The position numbers and the translations under genes are program-made. 64,000 bases of DNA from Adineta vaga. Taxonomy: Eukaryota; Animalia; Rotifera. The stretch is from the NCBI GenBank assembly GCA_021613535.1, contig CP075493.1, positions 10,416,001-10,480,000 of the forward strand. Reading direction: 5' to 3'. Under the pieces are notes generated by a model. That model was not told where the DNA came from. It was given only the letters and a program-made list of their open reading frames with translations, and did no database searches. Position 1 is the stretch's first letter; each line of letters begins with the position of its first letter. This document shows positions 1-13,400 of this stretch, one piece after another.

Positions 1-473
1 TAAAGAATTTCTTCTAAAGAAAAAAAGAACATGTCCAATGCCTTTCTATTCTTTCTTTATTCTATCAATTAAAATTATCTGTAAAGGAATTTTTATACAA
101 GTAAATTTATTCTATAAAATGGCCATTGCTATGCAACAAACAATTTAGTAAGTCTATTTTTTTATTGTTACTATCAAAAGTTCACGACAACAACAACAAC
201 AATAACATAAAATTCTTCAAGTCGTCTTGATATTTCTCTTCCTGCCGTTGTCGTGGTCGTTACATGAGCACAAACTCCATTAGTTTATTCGAAAAAACAA
301 TCACGCACATGAAAAAAAAAGGCGACTTATTTTTCTATTTCTTCATTCGTCTCTCTTTATAGATGTGTTTTTATTAGAATAAAGAAAATACGAGTGTGTC
401 GTTGCTTGTACTGTTATTACAGTTTCTTTTTCTGTTACCGTCATCATTATTATTCCGGTTAATAAACTACTAA

Positions 474-495
474 ATTACCATAAGTAACTAGAAAC
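474..495 (+). promoter_or_regulatory. Overlapping X-box (RFX)-like motifs just upstream of the SAXO start codon
   Basis: ATTACC-ATA-AGTAAC (474-488) fits the degenerate X-box RYYNYY-N1-3-RRNRAC. GTAACTAGAAAC (484-495) overlaps it, and ATTGCTATGCAAC (125-137) is a third candidate. The downstream gene is ciliary. Confidence 0.4.
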
Positions 496-496
496 A

Positions 497-2396
497 ATGA
501 CGAAACTATGTATCTGTCAAATTTGCACCTGCGGGTAAGTAAATAGATAATAACAAAATTAATTAATTTATCAAATCTTAAAATGATTTGATATTTTAAA
601 AACATATTTTTCTTCCCACTTGAAAATAACAATACCAGCTGTTGCTCGTAATATATGTAGGAAACATCGTTGTCCTCATCGCCCTTATGGTATTATTGGT
701 AAAGGTGAACAAGATTGTGCGATAACAGAATATCGATCGGAATTCATTCCTCGAGAAGGTGGTGTTCGACAATCGTTTAAACCTGATTATAATTTACAAT
801 TAAGTACAGCACGATTGGATGATGAAACAACACATAAGTATATTCGATAGATTTGCATATCAATTGAATACTCTATTGTTCCGTTTTTGTTTTGTTAAGA
901 CATGATTTTATCACACACTCGCTTTATAAAACTCAATCATATAAACCGGAAGAAGTTTATGTTCGTCAAGGAGATTTTGATTCTTTAACGAGCTATAATC
1001 AGGAATATACGCGTAAGACAAAGAGAAAGATTTCTATGTTATAAATTAATTTGAATTGATAATAAATTTTAGCAAAAGGTGGTGAACGTGCGAAAATGAT
1101 TAGACATGAAGATCATCGAACAGCACAAGCTCCCTTTGAAGGCGATCCAACATATCGAAGTGAAATTCAATCGCTTTGCGTGTTCATCTATAGTTTGAAA
1201 ATTTCTCTTCCATAGGTGATTATCGTAAATGGGAATCTAGTCGAACTGAAGCCATCCGTCATGATGGTGGCTATGTAAGACTAAATCATCGAGAAAGATC
1301 TTTTTCTATTTCGCATCACATAGGTTCCTCCATCTGCTCCATTTGGAGGTACAAGTACATATACAACAGATTACTTGAAACATGGAGGAGCTATGCGTCA
1401 AGCTATTCGACCTGATCAATCGATTTTACAATCGCAAGATCCATTTGATGATCGAACAGGTTATCGTTCAGATTATATTCAACATCCAATGCAAGAACGC
1501 TATCAACGTTCAAAAGAAGAATATATTCCAAGTGGAGTTTCACTAGATTCGTTAACAACACATCGACGAGATTTCACACCTAAAGATGGTAAAAAAGACA
1601 AAGACTAGTTACACACTTGAAATATTGTTATTAATTGTTTTAGCGGATCGAACACGTTCAATGAAACCGGATGAACAAGGTTTTCGTTCCAATGCTCGTT
1701 TTGATGATTCAACAACAAATAAAACGGATTATAAACCATGGGAAGTTCAAGCAGTTCAAACACATAGACCAGATGAATATCGACCATTAGCTGGTGATAT
1801 GGATTTGAATACCATGTATAATTCAGAATTTACACCAAAACCATTTGCAAAAGTTTCAGCGATTCGTCCCGTTGAAAGACATGGAACAAATGCAAGATTC
1901 GAAGGTAGTACAACATATTCAGGTGATTATAAACAATGGCCCGAAGGACGACAAGCAGCAATACGAGCAAGTAATGGTTATGTACCACCGAATGTACCAT
2001 TCGAAGGAATGTCAACATATCGAGGTAAGAAAATCAAATGTTTTTGTTCTATATATTTGAATGAAGATTCTTCTTAGGTCATTATATTCAACATGAAGGT
2101 GGTGCTCAACGATCGTATAAACCAGATGGTGTTGCTTTTCGATCCACAGCACCATTTGATGATTCAACTATGTATAAAACTGAATATACAAAGAAAGAGG
2201 TTGAACCATGTCCAGCATGTTTTCTTGAGTAAGAATTCTTTTCTTTTTCATTAATCTTCATCTTTAAAATATCTATGAATTTAGTACACCACGAAGTCAT
2301 TTTGCTTTCGATCATGTGGAACCAACAGGTCATAAATTTTATCATCCACAAAATGACTCATTTCGATCACAATATCAACAACCTGTTCCAGTTTAA
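497..2396 (+). CDS. SAXO: Stabilizer of axonemal microtubules (SAXO/FAM154 family), multi-exon
   Basis: Spliced N-terminus MTKLCICQICTCG/KHRCPH is typical of SAXO. Repeated Mn-type motifs occur (FDDSTTNKTDYKPW, FEGSTTYSGDYKQW, FDDSTMYKTEY). Last exon ends QQPVPV-TAA at 2394-2396. Confidence 0.9.
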
Positions 2397-2922
2397 TAAC
2401 AAACAAAGAAATGCATACTAAATAATGAAATCAGAAACAACGTTATTTTTTTTTCTCATTTTATTTTACACTGAAATCTATTCTATCAATATCTATTTCT
2501 TTCTCAAGAAATATACACGTATATATTATTTTTTTTGATCTATAGAAAACCGATTATATACTGAACTTTTGATGATCTTGAACATTGAAAATGAAATTCA
2601 TTTCTGCTTTTTCTTAATCACCATTATTTATCGAAGAAAAAAAAAGAAGAAAAGACCGAGAGACAAAACCAGATCTTTTCCCTCAGAAAAAAACCTTTCC
2701 TTCTTTTATATACAATCGTATGAAACAACATGACGCAGAGAAAAAAAAATGCATCTGTACACTAAATAAAACACAACGCACTACATCTAATTATACATAT
2801 AAAAAAAACACTACAACAACAACAACAACAGTAAAGATTTAGCGAAAAATATCTGACATAGTACAATTATGATTGTCGTGCATATTGAAGAACAGGAAAA
2901 GACTAGTGATTAAATTGAATTA

Positions 2923-4547
2923 TTATTTCATCGGAATTATTTTTGGTTTAAGACGTGTAGATGATGAAGTTGATTGTTTAACAGTTTTCTTTTTATCATC
3001 AATGATAACATTTGATTTTGATAGTGATGATTTTGTTGTTGTCGTTGAAAATGTTGGTCTATCAAGAGAATATTATTGCAAAAGAAAAACGAAAAAAAAG
3101 AAGCAATTACTTATTAAAATTGGTAGTTGTACTTGATAATGCGGTAATTAATCCTCGACCTGCAGGAACTTTTGTAGTTGGTCTAATTAAAAAGAGAATG
3201 AAAAGAAACAAATGTGAAAAGAACATACTTTGAACGAGTTAGTTCGTTTCTCGCCACTCGTGGTCGATCTGTTGCTATAAATCAGAAGAAATAGAATCGA
3301 TATGATGAAAAGAAGAATTTCACTTACCTGGTGTTTGTTTTGGTGCCATTACTGATTGTTTAACTCCTTGTGATATTTCTTCTCGAAGATTTCTAAAGCA
3401 AAAGAATTCATTATATATATATCATCCTTCTCCTGTCATTTGATATCTACTTTATCATTGTTTCATTTTCAAGTAATTTATGGCTCATTTCTTGTTTGAT
3501 CATTTCGTATTCAGCAACAATCTAGAATAGAAAATATGTCTTTTTCTTATTTTAATTTTTAATATGACTAACATTATCAAGTGTGTCTTTTTCTAATAAA
3601 AGCATAGTTTGATCGTTTCGAAGGTTATCAAGTTCGAGATTCTATTTAAGAAAAAAAAAGGAAAAATGATTAGCAAGAAAATGACAATATTCATTTACAG
3701 TTTGAGCAAGTAATTGTTCTTTTTCAGCAAGGGATGCAGTGAATTGTTCACGTTGTAAATTATATTCTAATATAAAATTCAAATTCAAGAAAATATTCAA
3801 TTATAATTGACTTAGTTTTACCTCGAGTAATTCCTTCTATTTCTTGTCGATGTTCTTGATTCAATAGTTCTAATTCATTTTCATGTGACTAGAAGAGAAA
3901 AAGAATCATTTTGGTTTTAATTATCTCAGATGACAATAGTTATCAATTTGTTACTTTTTTCAATAAGACACATTCCAATTGTAAATTTGCTTTTGTCTAG
4001 ATAGAGAATAGAAGTCTTCAATACTTGTACTTCAAAAATGAAACTTACTTCTTCTAAAATCTTGTTTTCTTCTTTTAATTGTATTAAATCATGTCGAGAA
4101 TCTAATTCTAAAATAAAGTACCACATGCAAATAAATCATTCTTATAAATTTTTTCTATTCAACTAACGTTTGATATATTTATTTGTCGGTGTATTACTAG
4201 TTAATTTTCTTTTATTATTCAGTGGTGTACTACTTGTATTTAACACCGATTGACTAATGTTAATACCAGTAAAATCTTTACGTTTTGTTGAATAAGCTAG
4301 AACTGGTTGTCGACGAGTTTTTGCACTAAAAACATATCGATAAGAATATATAGTTTGATGAAGAAAAATACAAATACCTTGAATGTGGTTCGGAAGGATT
4401 CGATAGTTCATCTTCATCAATAAGAATCGGTAATCTTGCTAATGCTTCATTCAATGCATCTTGATCCATTGGTCGTATCGGTCGATCATCATAATCGGAA
4501 TATGTATTCTCATCTTCTGAAGTATTTATCATCGGTTCGAGATCCAT
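2923..4547 (-). CDS. Uncharacterised multi-exon coiled-coil protein
   Basis: Starts MDLEPMINTSEDEN. A chain of short exons with GT-AG boundaries encodes heptad-rich segments (ELDSRHDLIQLKEENKILEE, HENELELLNQEHRQEIEG) and an S/T/K-rich tail ending RLKPKIIPMK-stop. Confidence 0.7.
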
Positions 4548-4670
4548 CGTTTTGTTTATTTTATTCAATTAACAAATCTGAAGAAAATAGATTTTTTTGT
4601 TGTTTTATTTTAAATGTTTAACTCATCTGACAAGATATATATGATAAAAAAGAAAAGAAAAGAAAAAAAT

Positions 4671-5715
4671 TTAATTGCTAGCTGCACGAAAATGATCATC
4701 ATCAGTTGTTGAATAGATATGTCCTTCTCCCGAAAGAAATTCCAAAGCTTGTCTAAAACAAAATACATTTCATTTCACTACATCAAAATTAATAATAACA
4801 ACTTACTTGACTTGATTTTCACTGAATTGTTTCAATTGTTTACAAATTTCTGTAACACTATAACCTGTCATAGTTGTGACTGTTTTCAAAAGATTAAGAA
4901 CAGCATTTTGAACAGGTGTAAAACCATTTGAGACACCAGATGTTTGTTGTGATTGACCAGCACCACTACTACCATGATTATTATTATTATTTGATGTCAT
5001 TCCATTTCCAGTCTTATAAAATAAGAAAAAGTGACTGGGTTAAATTTATTTCGATTTTAAACATACAAGTTCGCCTTGTTTTCGAATGCTCATACTAGCA
5101 TGAAGACATTCAATTGAATGGGCAATTAATTCATTTAATGATTGCATTTTTGTAATATGATGAGCAACAACATGAGCTTTATTTGAAAATGTTTTCACTT
5201 GACCAATAACTTTGACATAGGTCATTGGTTTCATTGGTTCACCGGAATCCTAAATCACGAAATATTCTGACATTTTCTTTCAAAAAGAATAAAGAAATAT
5301 TTACATCGTGCCACCATTTTATTTCAAGTGAACCTCCAGAATGATCATCAATTTGATATGTAGCTAAACTACCATTGATTTCATGATTTGCCTCACGAAT
5401 TAAACCCATAACCATAACTGTATTGAATTTTAAATGTTTATATACAAAACAATTGTCCGCTTCGGAATGTTTTGCATTAAGAATAGTAGCTAATGTACAT
5501 GTTAAGACGCCTTTTACTGTTGAACGCTAAACATTTCTAAACAATAAAATACAATCGAATGAGAATAAAAACGAACTTGACCAGCACCAGCTTCATTATC
5601 ACCAGTAGCTTTACGTTGTTGAAAACCATTACTACTACCTCCTTGTTCTATAATAAATTATAACTTATCATTATGTTTGAGATTTCTATTATATTTGATT
5701 ACCCCAGAGAGCCAT
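4671..5715 (-). CDS. RPA2: Replication protein A 32 kDa subunit
   Basis: OB-fold ([40 protein letters not shown]) and a winged-helix C-terminus [20 protein letters not shown]. Confidence 0.93.
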
Positions 5716-5973
5716 TGTTTAATAAGATGATGATAGCAAGCACAGATAAAATAGAGTGAATGAAATGAATGAGAATGAATGTATTTTTTCGTCTAACAAT
5801 AGCAGTTTTGTAATACGTTAACCAATCGATATCTGTGCATGATTATTGGATAACAATTCTCTTCTATAGGTGACGTTTATAGATGAAAAATGAAATCATT
5901 GGTGTTAAAAACTTATTTATTCTTCTCCGTTGTTTTGCAATATCATTTCATTTATTTATGGTAAAAAAACATT

Positions 5974-6978
5974 TTATTCGTTTATTGGATGTACACAACA
6001 AAGAGATATAATTGGAAATTGAAAGAATTTTTGTCTCAATCTTGATTGAGTACAAATGTAAACTAATGGATCAGTGATTGTCGCTACAAATATGAATTGA
6101 ATTGATAAGTTAGTAAATTCTTCCAGATAACAACGATTTGTTTCAGATAATTGTTCAGTAATAATTAATCCCAGTAGAACTAAAATGATTGACGGAACAC
6201 GGCATAAGAAAAATGAAAGAAATATAGTGAATGTTTGTTTAGCTAAATGAAGATCCTTTTTTTGTGTATCATTTATTTGATTAGTTTGTTGTCCAATATT
6301 TCCACCAACAATTATCGGTAGAACACGATTCATTCGATGTTTTCGTAGTGCAAAAAACATTTTCCCATATATAAGACCACTAATAAACGCAGCACTAATA
6401 ACAAAGAATAATCGAATGGTCATGGCAATTCGTGATGCTGTATCGTATTGTCCATAACATGTATTTGAAGATGAATATGCAATTGCATGATATATACCAG
6501 CAATAATACCAAAGAAAAGAGTTACACCAATCCAAATAAAGATATTCTTTAAACGAATAGTATTTACATTTAAATTACCATTTCGTTTTACTAATGTTCG
6601 TAAACGTTCATAAGCGATAGCAACGAAACCAAATGGTTGTGTTACATTAAAAATAGAACGTACTGCCATAGCTGTTCGACAAAAGTTTACTGCTATATCA
6701 TTATGGTCAATCACATATCCGCCACTTCGACAATTTTGAATTGAAATATTCCAAGTTTTAGCTAGTACAACTGTTTCAATTATGGCACAGATTAATGCAC
6801 GTAGACAATCAGAACAAAATACAGTAATTATGAGAATATTAGTTGATGTACGTAATTCAGAACGATGATATAATTCGTAGAGAATAAATATTGTACAAAA
6901 ACTACCAAATATTAAACCGGAATACATCAGTAAAATTGAACAAATACGACATAAGTATACAACAATTGTTGCCAACAT
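5974..6978 (-). CDS. Rhodopsin-like (class A) GPCR, intronless
   Basis: Seven hydrophobic segments, AIAYERL (DRY-like), FFLCRVP (TM6), TDPLVY (NPxxY-like). Likely start is MLATIVV at 6978 rather than the ORF-track start. Confidence 0.88.
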   Translation of the reverse strand: MLATIVVYLCRICSILLMYSGLIFGSFCTIFILYELYHRSELRTSTNILIITVFCSDCLRALICAIIETVVLAKTWNISIQNCRSGGYVIDHNDIAVNFCRTAMAVRSIFNVTQPFGFVAIAYERLRTLVKRNGNLNVNTIRLKNIFIWIGVTLFFGIIAGIYHAIAYSSSNTCYGQYDTASRIAMTIRLFFVISAAFISGLIYGKMFFALRKHRMNRVLPIIVGGNIGQQTNQINDTQKKDLHLAKQTFTIFLSFFLCRVPSIILVLLGLIITEQLSETNRCYLEEFTNLSIQFIFVATITDPLVYICTQSRLRQKFFQFPIISLCCVHPINE

Positions 6979-8237
6979 TGAGCTTGCCTTTTTCAATACG
7001 AATTGCTTGTAACCAACAATTTCTATTTCGGAAAGAGAAGAATAAGGTCTCTTAATCGATCTAAGCGTATTTGAAAAAAACAGATTATTTTTTCTTCGAG
7101 AAAACACACTTTGATTTGACGTCTTTATTAAATATATATATATACTTACCAACTTATTGACGTCATAAATTTAAATAATACAAAAGATGCTTAAAGAGTT
7201 CATGTCAGTATACACTGAAATGTATATATTTCATTGTCTTTATCAAAGGAAAAAAGTCACCAAATCTACTTATGAATATTATAGATATTCTTTTGTTATG
7301 AAAGAGATAAAACGTATTATTTATAGATGGATCGAAAGCGATGATCTGTCACTTCAAACTAGTCGTAAAAACGTTTGTGCTAATATAGCAGATTAAAGGT
7401 ATCATGTTCAGCTTGAGTAAAGAAATTTTAATGAAATCTCGCGATTTGAAACTAAATAATACACAAAAAAAATAATTAGTCTTTTCTTATATCCCGGGAT
7501 ATAGAATTATAATTTTCAATATCAAGAATGACGGCGACATTTAATTAGATAGAGATTTTTGTGTGTGTATTAACCTAAAAATAACACCGTCGTATGCCTC
7601 AGAGTCTCCATTGGCGAAATTACAAAAACTAATTTATGATAGATGATGGGCATCTATTGTATGTGTCTCGTAAATATCATTTTTTTTATCGGCCTTGAAT
7701 ATAGAATTATCCAGCGAATGACGTAGATTTCCATTATTCTTTTGAAATTATTCTTTACAATGATATTTGTTTGAAATAGTATAGTACAATAAATTAAAAT
7801 CGATATAGACCAAGTGCGAAAAACTTCGATAATCAACAGATTATGTTCATTCATTCTGACGAAAATACTTTAGAATAAAAACTTTCAATGATAAAGAACA
7901 TAACATGACATCTACTTGTGTTTTGCTCATGCCTTGTTGTTTTTAATCCAAAAGATATTAATCTTAATAGTGTTTTGCAAATGTGCATGGAACTACAGGC
8001 TTTATGTGAACTTTGTATAATGTCTCACGTTGTTAAGCCTATATGCTGTGATTTACTATATTCGGATTATAAAGCACTGTAATTTAGAGTCCTATTATTG
8101 GAGATTTCTTGTTTTTGAATGATTCATAAACGACATAAAAAATATTATTCGTCATTTTTATTTCATCAACGCTTGTTTTGTTATTGTGCAATACAGAGGA
8201 TTTTTTTTCTATCGTTCTTTTTACAGCAAAACAAGAC

Positions 8238-10156
8238 ATGAGTATCAAACGACAACTAAGTTCAAATGTAACTATCAACGATGATATAAAGAAGATACCA
8301 AGTAAGATAGAACTACTTGTCATTTCATTCTCTATATCATTTCATTATTTTAGAGACAAGTATTGAAGAAACGTAAGTGAAAAAAGTTAGTACTAAGATG
8401 AATTTCATTTCGATTTTTTAGTAACAGTTTACCAATCAATCGTTTTGAAAATCTTTCCAATGAAATCTATTATGAAATCTTCGATTATCTTGATGGATAT
8501 TCAATACACAAAGCATTTTCATATCTCAATAATCGTTTTCAACGACTAATTACTTCATCCTCATTTCTACTGAAAATATCAGTAGATCAAGAATCAGAAA
8601 TCGACATGAAAGATTGCTGTAAATATATCATTAATCGAAATACACATCGAATTCTATCACTTCATCTATGGAATATAACATATGTACAAGACTTCTTACA
8701 ACATTGTGTAATTGATTCGTCATTCTGTCGTCTTCAATCAATCATTCTCTATGGTACATTAGCTTCTGAACTTCAATTTATACTGTCAAGCTTAAAACGT
8801 TTAGCCAATCTCACATCGTTGGCTTGCAATGTAGAAGATAATGCTTCTAAGATTACTGAAATCTATCAAATGATCTTTCAATTACCTTCATTGAAATATA
8901 TTTCACTTTCAATTATGACAAACAATGAAATCAATATTTCCAAACTCGCTGATATTACGGTACAGTCGAGTTCTCTCGAAACAATGATAATAAGTCATAA
9001 ATGTACAATACCTGAACTCACATCAATACTTGGTCATACACCTTCTTTGAAGCACTTGACCTGTCAGATGTTAATTGAACCCGATGGGAATATTGAGAGT
9101 AATATCCAGTTGACATTGCCAAATTTAACTCATATGACTATTGATTATTGTTCAATGGAATTTTTTGAACTTCAGAAATTGATCAGAAAATTCACTTCGC
9201 CAATTCGAATGTTACATATTAGCAGCTTTGACAGCGAAAATTACACTGATCCGAATTGTTGGAAAGGATTAATTTTACAGAATATGCCTCATTTACGCAA
9301 GTTTATTGTACAATGTGGGATGATTGTTGATGATAATTTTCAATATGATCATCTCGATTCTTTCATTCGTCAATTTACGTCACAGTTTTGGCTTGAACGA
9401 AGATGGACGTTTGAATTTCATATCAGTAATAATGCAATGTCTTATTTAATATGTCCACAAAGGTAGATTTCGAAACTAATTATGTTGATTCATTATCTCT
9501 ATTCTCATTTTGTTCTTAGAAAAATGCAGTTGAATACATTCGATCAGAATGCATGTGAAGATTTGGTTCAACAATCCAATCATTTTATCAAACTATCTAT
9601 GACAAATCATAGTAGTATTGAATGGGCTTCTTCGTTTATGAACAAATTTAGTTCAATTATGAGTACTATTCAATTCCGAGAATTACATATATCTTGTGCT
9701 AAATTATCCTTCGATATATTTGTTAGAATTCTTGAATTAATACCTCATCTTGAATTATTAGACGTCTCATTTCTACCAGTACGACAATGGAGTAATCTAT
9801 CCGAAGAAGACTTAGAACAACTTCATTGTATCAGTAATAAGAACAAAATTGTGAAAGTTCGACTATGGATGGATTTGGAATTATTACAATTCCTTATGAA
9901 TATGTGTCCTCGTATGGAATATCTCGAAGTGCGTTGGATAGAAGAAAAAGATCTCGAAATGCTCATACGTACGATTCTAACGAAAAGTAGTAGTTGTATT
10001 CGTAGACTTCATTCATTACAATGTCATGTTTTAAATGGAACCGATAAACTCATCGAAACAATTCAACGAATGATCAACACCGAAAAAATACTTTCTGATC
10101 ATACGATCTTGCGTTGTGAAAACAAAATTTCTTTACATTGGAAAGTACATTCGTAA
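8238..10156 (+). CDS. F-box / LRR (RNI-like) protein
   Basis: Spliced start MSIKRQL leads into F-box RFENLSNEIYYEIFDYLD..KAFSYLNNRF, followed by LRR-like repeats (LPSLKYISLSI, TPSLKHLTC, MPHLRKF, CPRMEYLEV). Confidence 0.85.
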
Positions 10157-10464
10157 CTTTCTTTCGTATTAATTTTAAACGATCGCAATAGATAAATCAG
10201 ATTATCATTTGAAATTTTTATCTCTACTTATATTTAAATAACAAAACTCCGATCAAAGTAACTCTATAATACATTGAAAAAAGGAAAACAATAGTGGTAA
10301 TCACTAAAATATGTACACGTTAAAGGAAGATGAAAATCAGTTTAATCATAAAAAGACAACAAAAAAACTTGTTGATATCCAATGATATCCTGAAAAATGA
10401 AATAATATGTTGAAACTTTTGTTTTACTTCATTGGGGGAAAAAAAGAGATTTTGTACATCTTTA

Positions 10465-13400
10465 TCAATGACTAGATTGAAATATTGAAAAAGCAATCAA
10501 ATTCGTTCTGGTGGAATAGATTCCGGTTTTGTTATACTTTCATTTAATACCGATGAAGGACGTGTTCGATTTGGTTGTTGATCCAACTAGATGGACAAGA
10601 CAAAGGTATTTCTTGTATTAAAATTTTAATCAATGGAATCTTACTCGATAAACAAGAGAATCTTTCAATTCGATTGGGGCATTATCAAGATTTCGAGTAA
10701 TACCAATTTTTTGTAATGCCAACAGGAGTACATGACAAACATTGAGAAAACAAATATCTTTTTCATCATTACAAACACGAATCAATTTTTGAAAATTATA
10801 TGCTATAGCTTGAAAATCCCACTAAAACGAAACATTTACAATTGTAAAGATAAGATAATTTAAAAAAATTCGACTTACTTTATCAATCATATAATTAGTC
10901 CATTGTTCATAAGTTAGAAACAAATCTGCATTCAATCGTTTCTCTGTCAATTTAATTGCATGTTCATCGTCTGATGCAGATGTTGTAGTTTCATCATCCG
11001 TCGATCCATTAATACGTTTCACTGGTCGACCATTCTCTTCATCATTATCATCATCATCCTCATCGTCATCAAACGATGGTAAATAACATGCAGGAACATC
11101 TTTAAACAAAGCTTTTAAAGCTCTTTCAAAGAAGATTTCTGGTTTTAAAACTAAAATTTTATTTCCTTCTCGATCCATTCTCGTAAAACATTGATGTTTT
11201 GCTGCCCAATCGATGGCAATTTCTAATACTGTTGCAATTGCTGGCTGTTGCATTAGTAATTTCCAATAGAAACGATTTGCTTTATTGAACATTTGAATCT
11301 TATTGATATTTAATGGAACAATATCATATTGTTGTTTATTTAAATTAATAATTGTTTTTGATTTCTCTAAATTATTACGTGAATCAATAATAACTCGAAC
11401 ACGTGTGCCAGTTAATTCAGGTATATTTAAAAATGAATAGGCAGGCTCAAACAAATGTTCACATTGATCTTCTAATAGGTATTTATAAAGATTTGTTCTT
11501 GCTTTTTCATAATTTGAGATATGTCGTGCTTTCACATTTGTCATTGTAATATAATAAGATTTCAATGCTTCTGATATTGTTCGAGATGATAGATGATGAA
11601 TACGTTCTTTTCGTGAACGAATTTCACATAGAAAATCCCACATAATCCAAGCAAAAGATTTCGCTTTGATTAAATGTTCATGTTCATCGTGTTCTTCCGT
11701 GTAAGCAACATAATACCATGCAGCTGCTTTTTGAAATTGTAATCGTGCAATTTTCGGATCGGATGATATCAATGTCACTTCTCGATCACGTTTTCGTTGT
11801 TGTTTTTCATTATAACGGATAAATTCATTGAGAAATTCTCGTCGAGTATCGGTTCGTAATCGTTTAAAATCTTGTCCAGCAACATCAGCTGCATCATACG
11901 AACGTTTTTCATCGAGAAACAATGGTTGACAACCTGTAATTAATTCAGCTTCAGTTGAATAATCATATAGATCAAGAATTTGTTGTAATTTATTACAATA
12001 TAGATTATATTGACGTTTCGCATCTTCGAGATAAGCTTCAAAACCATCGATTAATAAATTCTCATCAATTTCAATGAAATGTTTTTCATCGGCATATTCT
12101 AATTGAACATGTAAATCATATGCACAACGTGCTTGACGATAGATTTTACCAAGAACTTTACGACTTGAATAGGTTCGAACTTCTTTTTCCATGAAATCAG
12201 GATAACGTGGCGCTTTCAATTCTCGACGTTTTTCATCATTGACAGGATTAACACCTGTTTTGGGATAATCAACGACAGCAGCTATATCACGTGCTAATTC
12301 AGTACAACGTGGACTTGTAGCAGATTCTAAATCTGCCCAAGCTAAATGTGCATTACATAATTCACCAAGAAAATCATTTGCCATATAATCAATTAAGAAT
12401 TCAGCAACATCATCCATCGTAATAGCATGATCAAGAAGTTTCTTTTCGGCCGTATCATAATCTAATGGTTCAATTTGATTTTCAGAAGGTGGAACGAGAT
12501 CTGGTAACCAACATACCCAATAAACATCACCATCAAGATCAGAACCAGAAATTTCATTTGTATGTGGACGATTACCTAAAAACATGAGATATTTCTTTTA
12601 AATGACAACAATATGTTCATCATTCTTTCTTACCATTACAAGGAAAAACAACACAATCATGTAAATGATGTAAATGTGGAATATCCACTGCTTTCAATAC
12701 ACGAATATCACCTAAAACAAAATGAATATCGTCTTAAAATAAATTAGTAAAGACTGAAATCAATTTTACCAGGATATAAACAAGGATTTTTCGTGACAGC
12801 GACATTACCAAGAACAATTTCTGATTCTAATTGACTATTTGATGTATATTGAATAAATACTTCTCCATATTGAAGTGTTCGACTTTCGTCAATAATACCA
12901 AACATTGCTCGACCATACGTTTTTGGTATCGAAACATTTGATCGTTGTTTTAAGCAACGAAGTCGATCACGATAAGCAGCAATTAATAATGAACGAAAAA
13001 ATGGTTCCTGAGAGATATCAACTAGAAATAAAATGATTTTATTCATCATTGAAAATCTTTATAGTTGAAATCAAAAGACAATCGACGTACTTCCTGAATT
13101 ACTGATATTTTCAAATTCAAAATATCGAACTTTATCCAATAAACTAATTGCTTCTCGACATTTCAATAATGCCATTGTTGCTCGAAGACGTGCTTCATTT
13201 TGTATATGTAAAAATGCAATATCTTGGACACCAAGTGAGGAAAGTAATGTAATAACTTGTCGATTTAATGTCAAATTACACGGTTTAGAATAATCAATTA
13301 CTTCTAAATCATAATGATCACATTCAAATTTGATTTGTGATCGACGTACTTGAATGATTTCACGTGTACCTAATGAAAATAGTAAACATCAGTTGAATAA

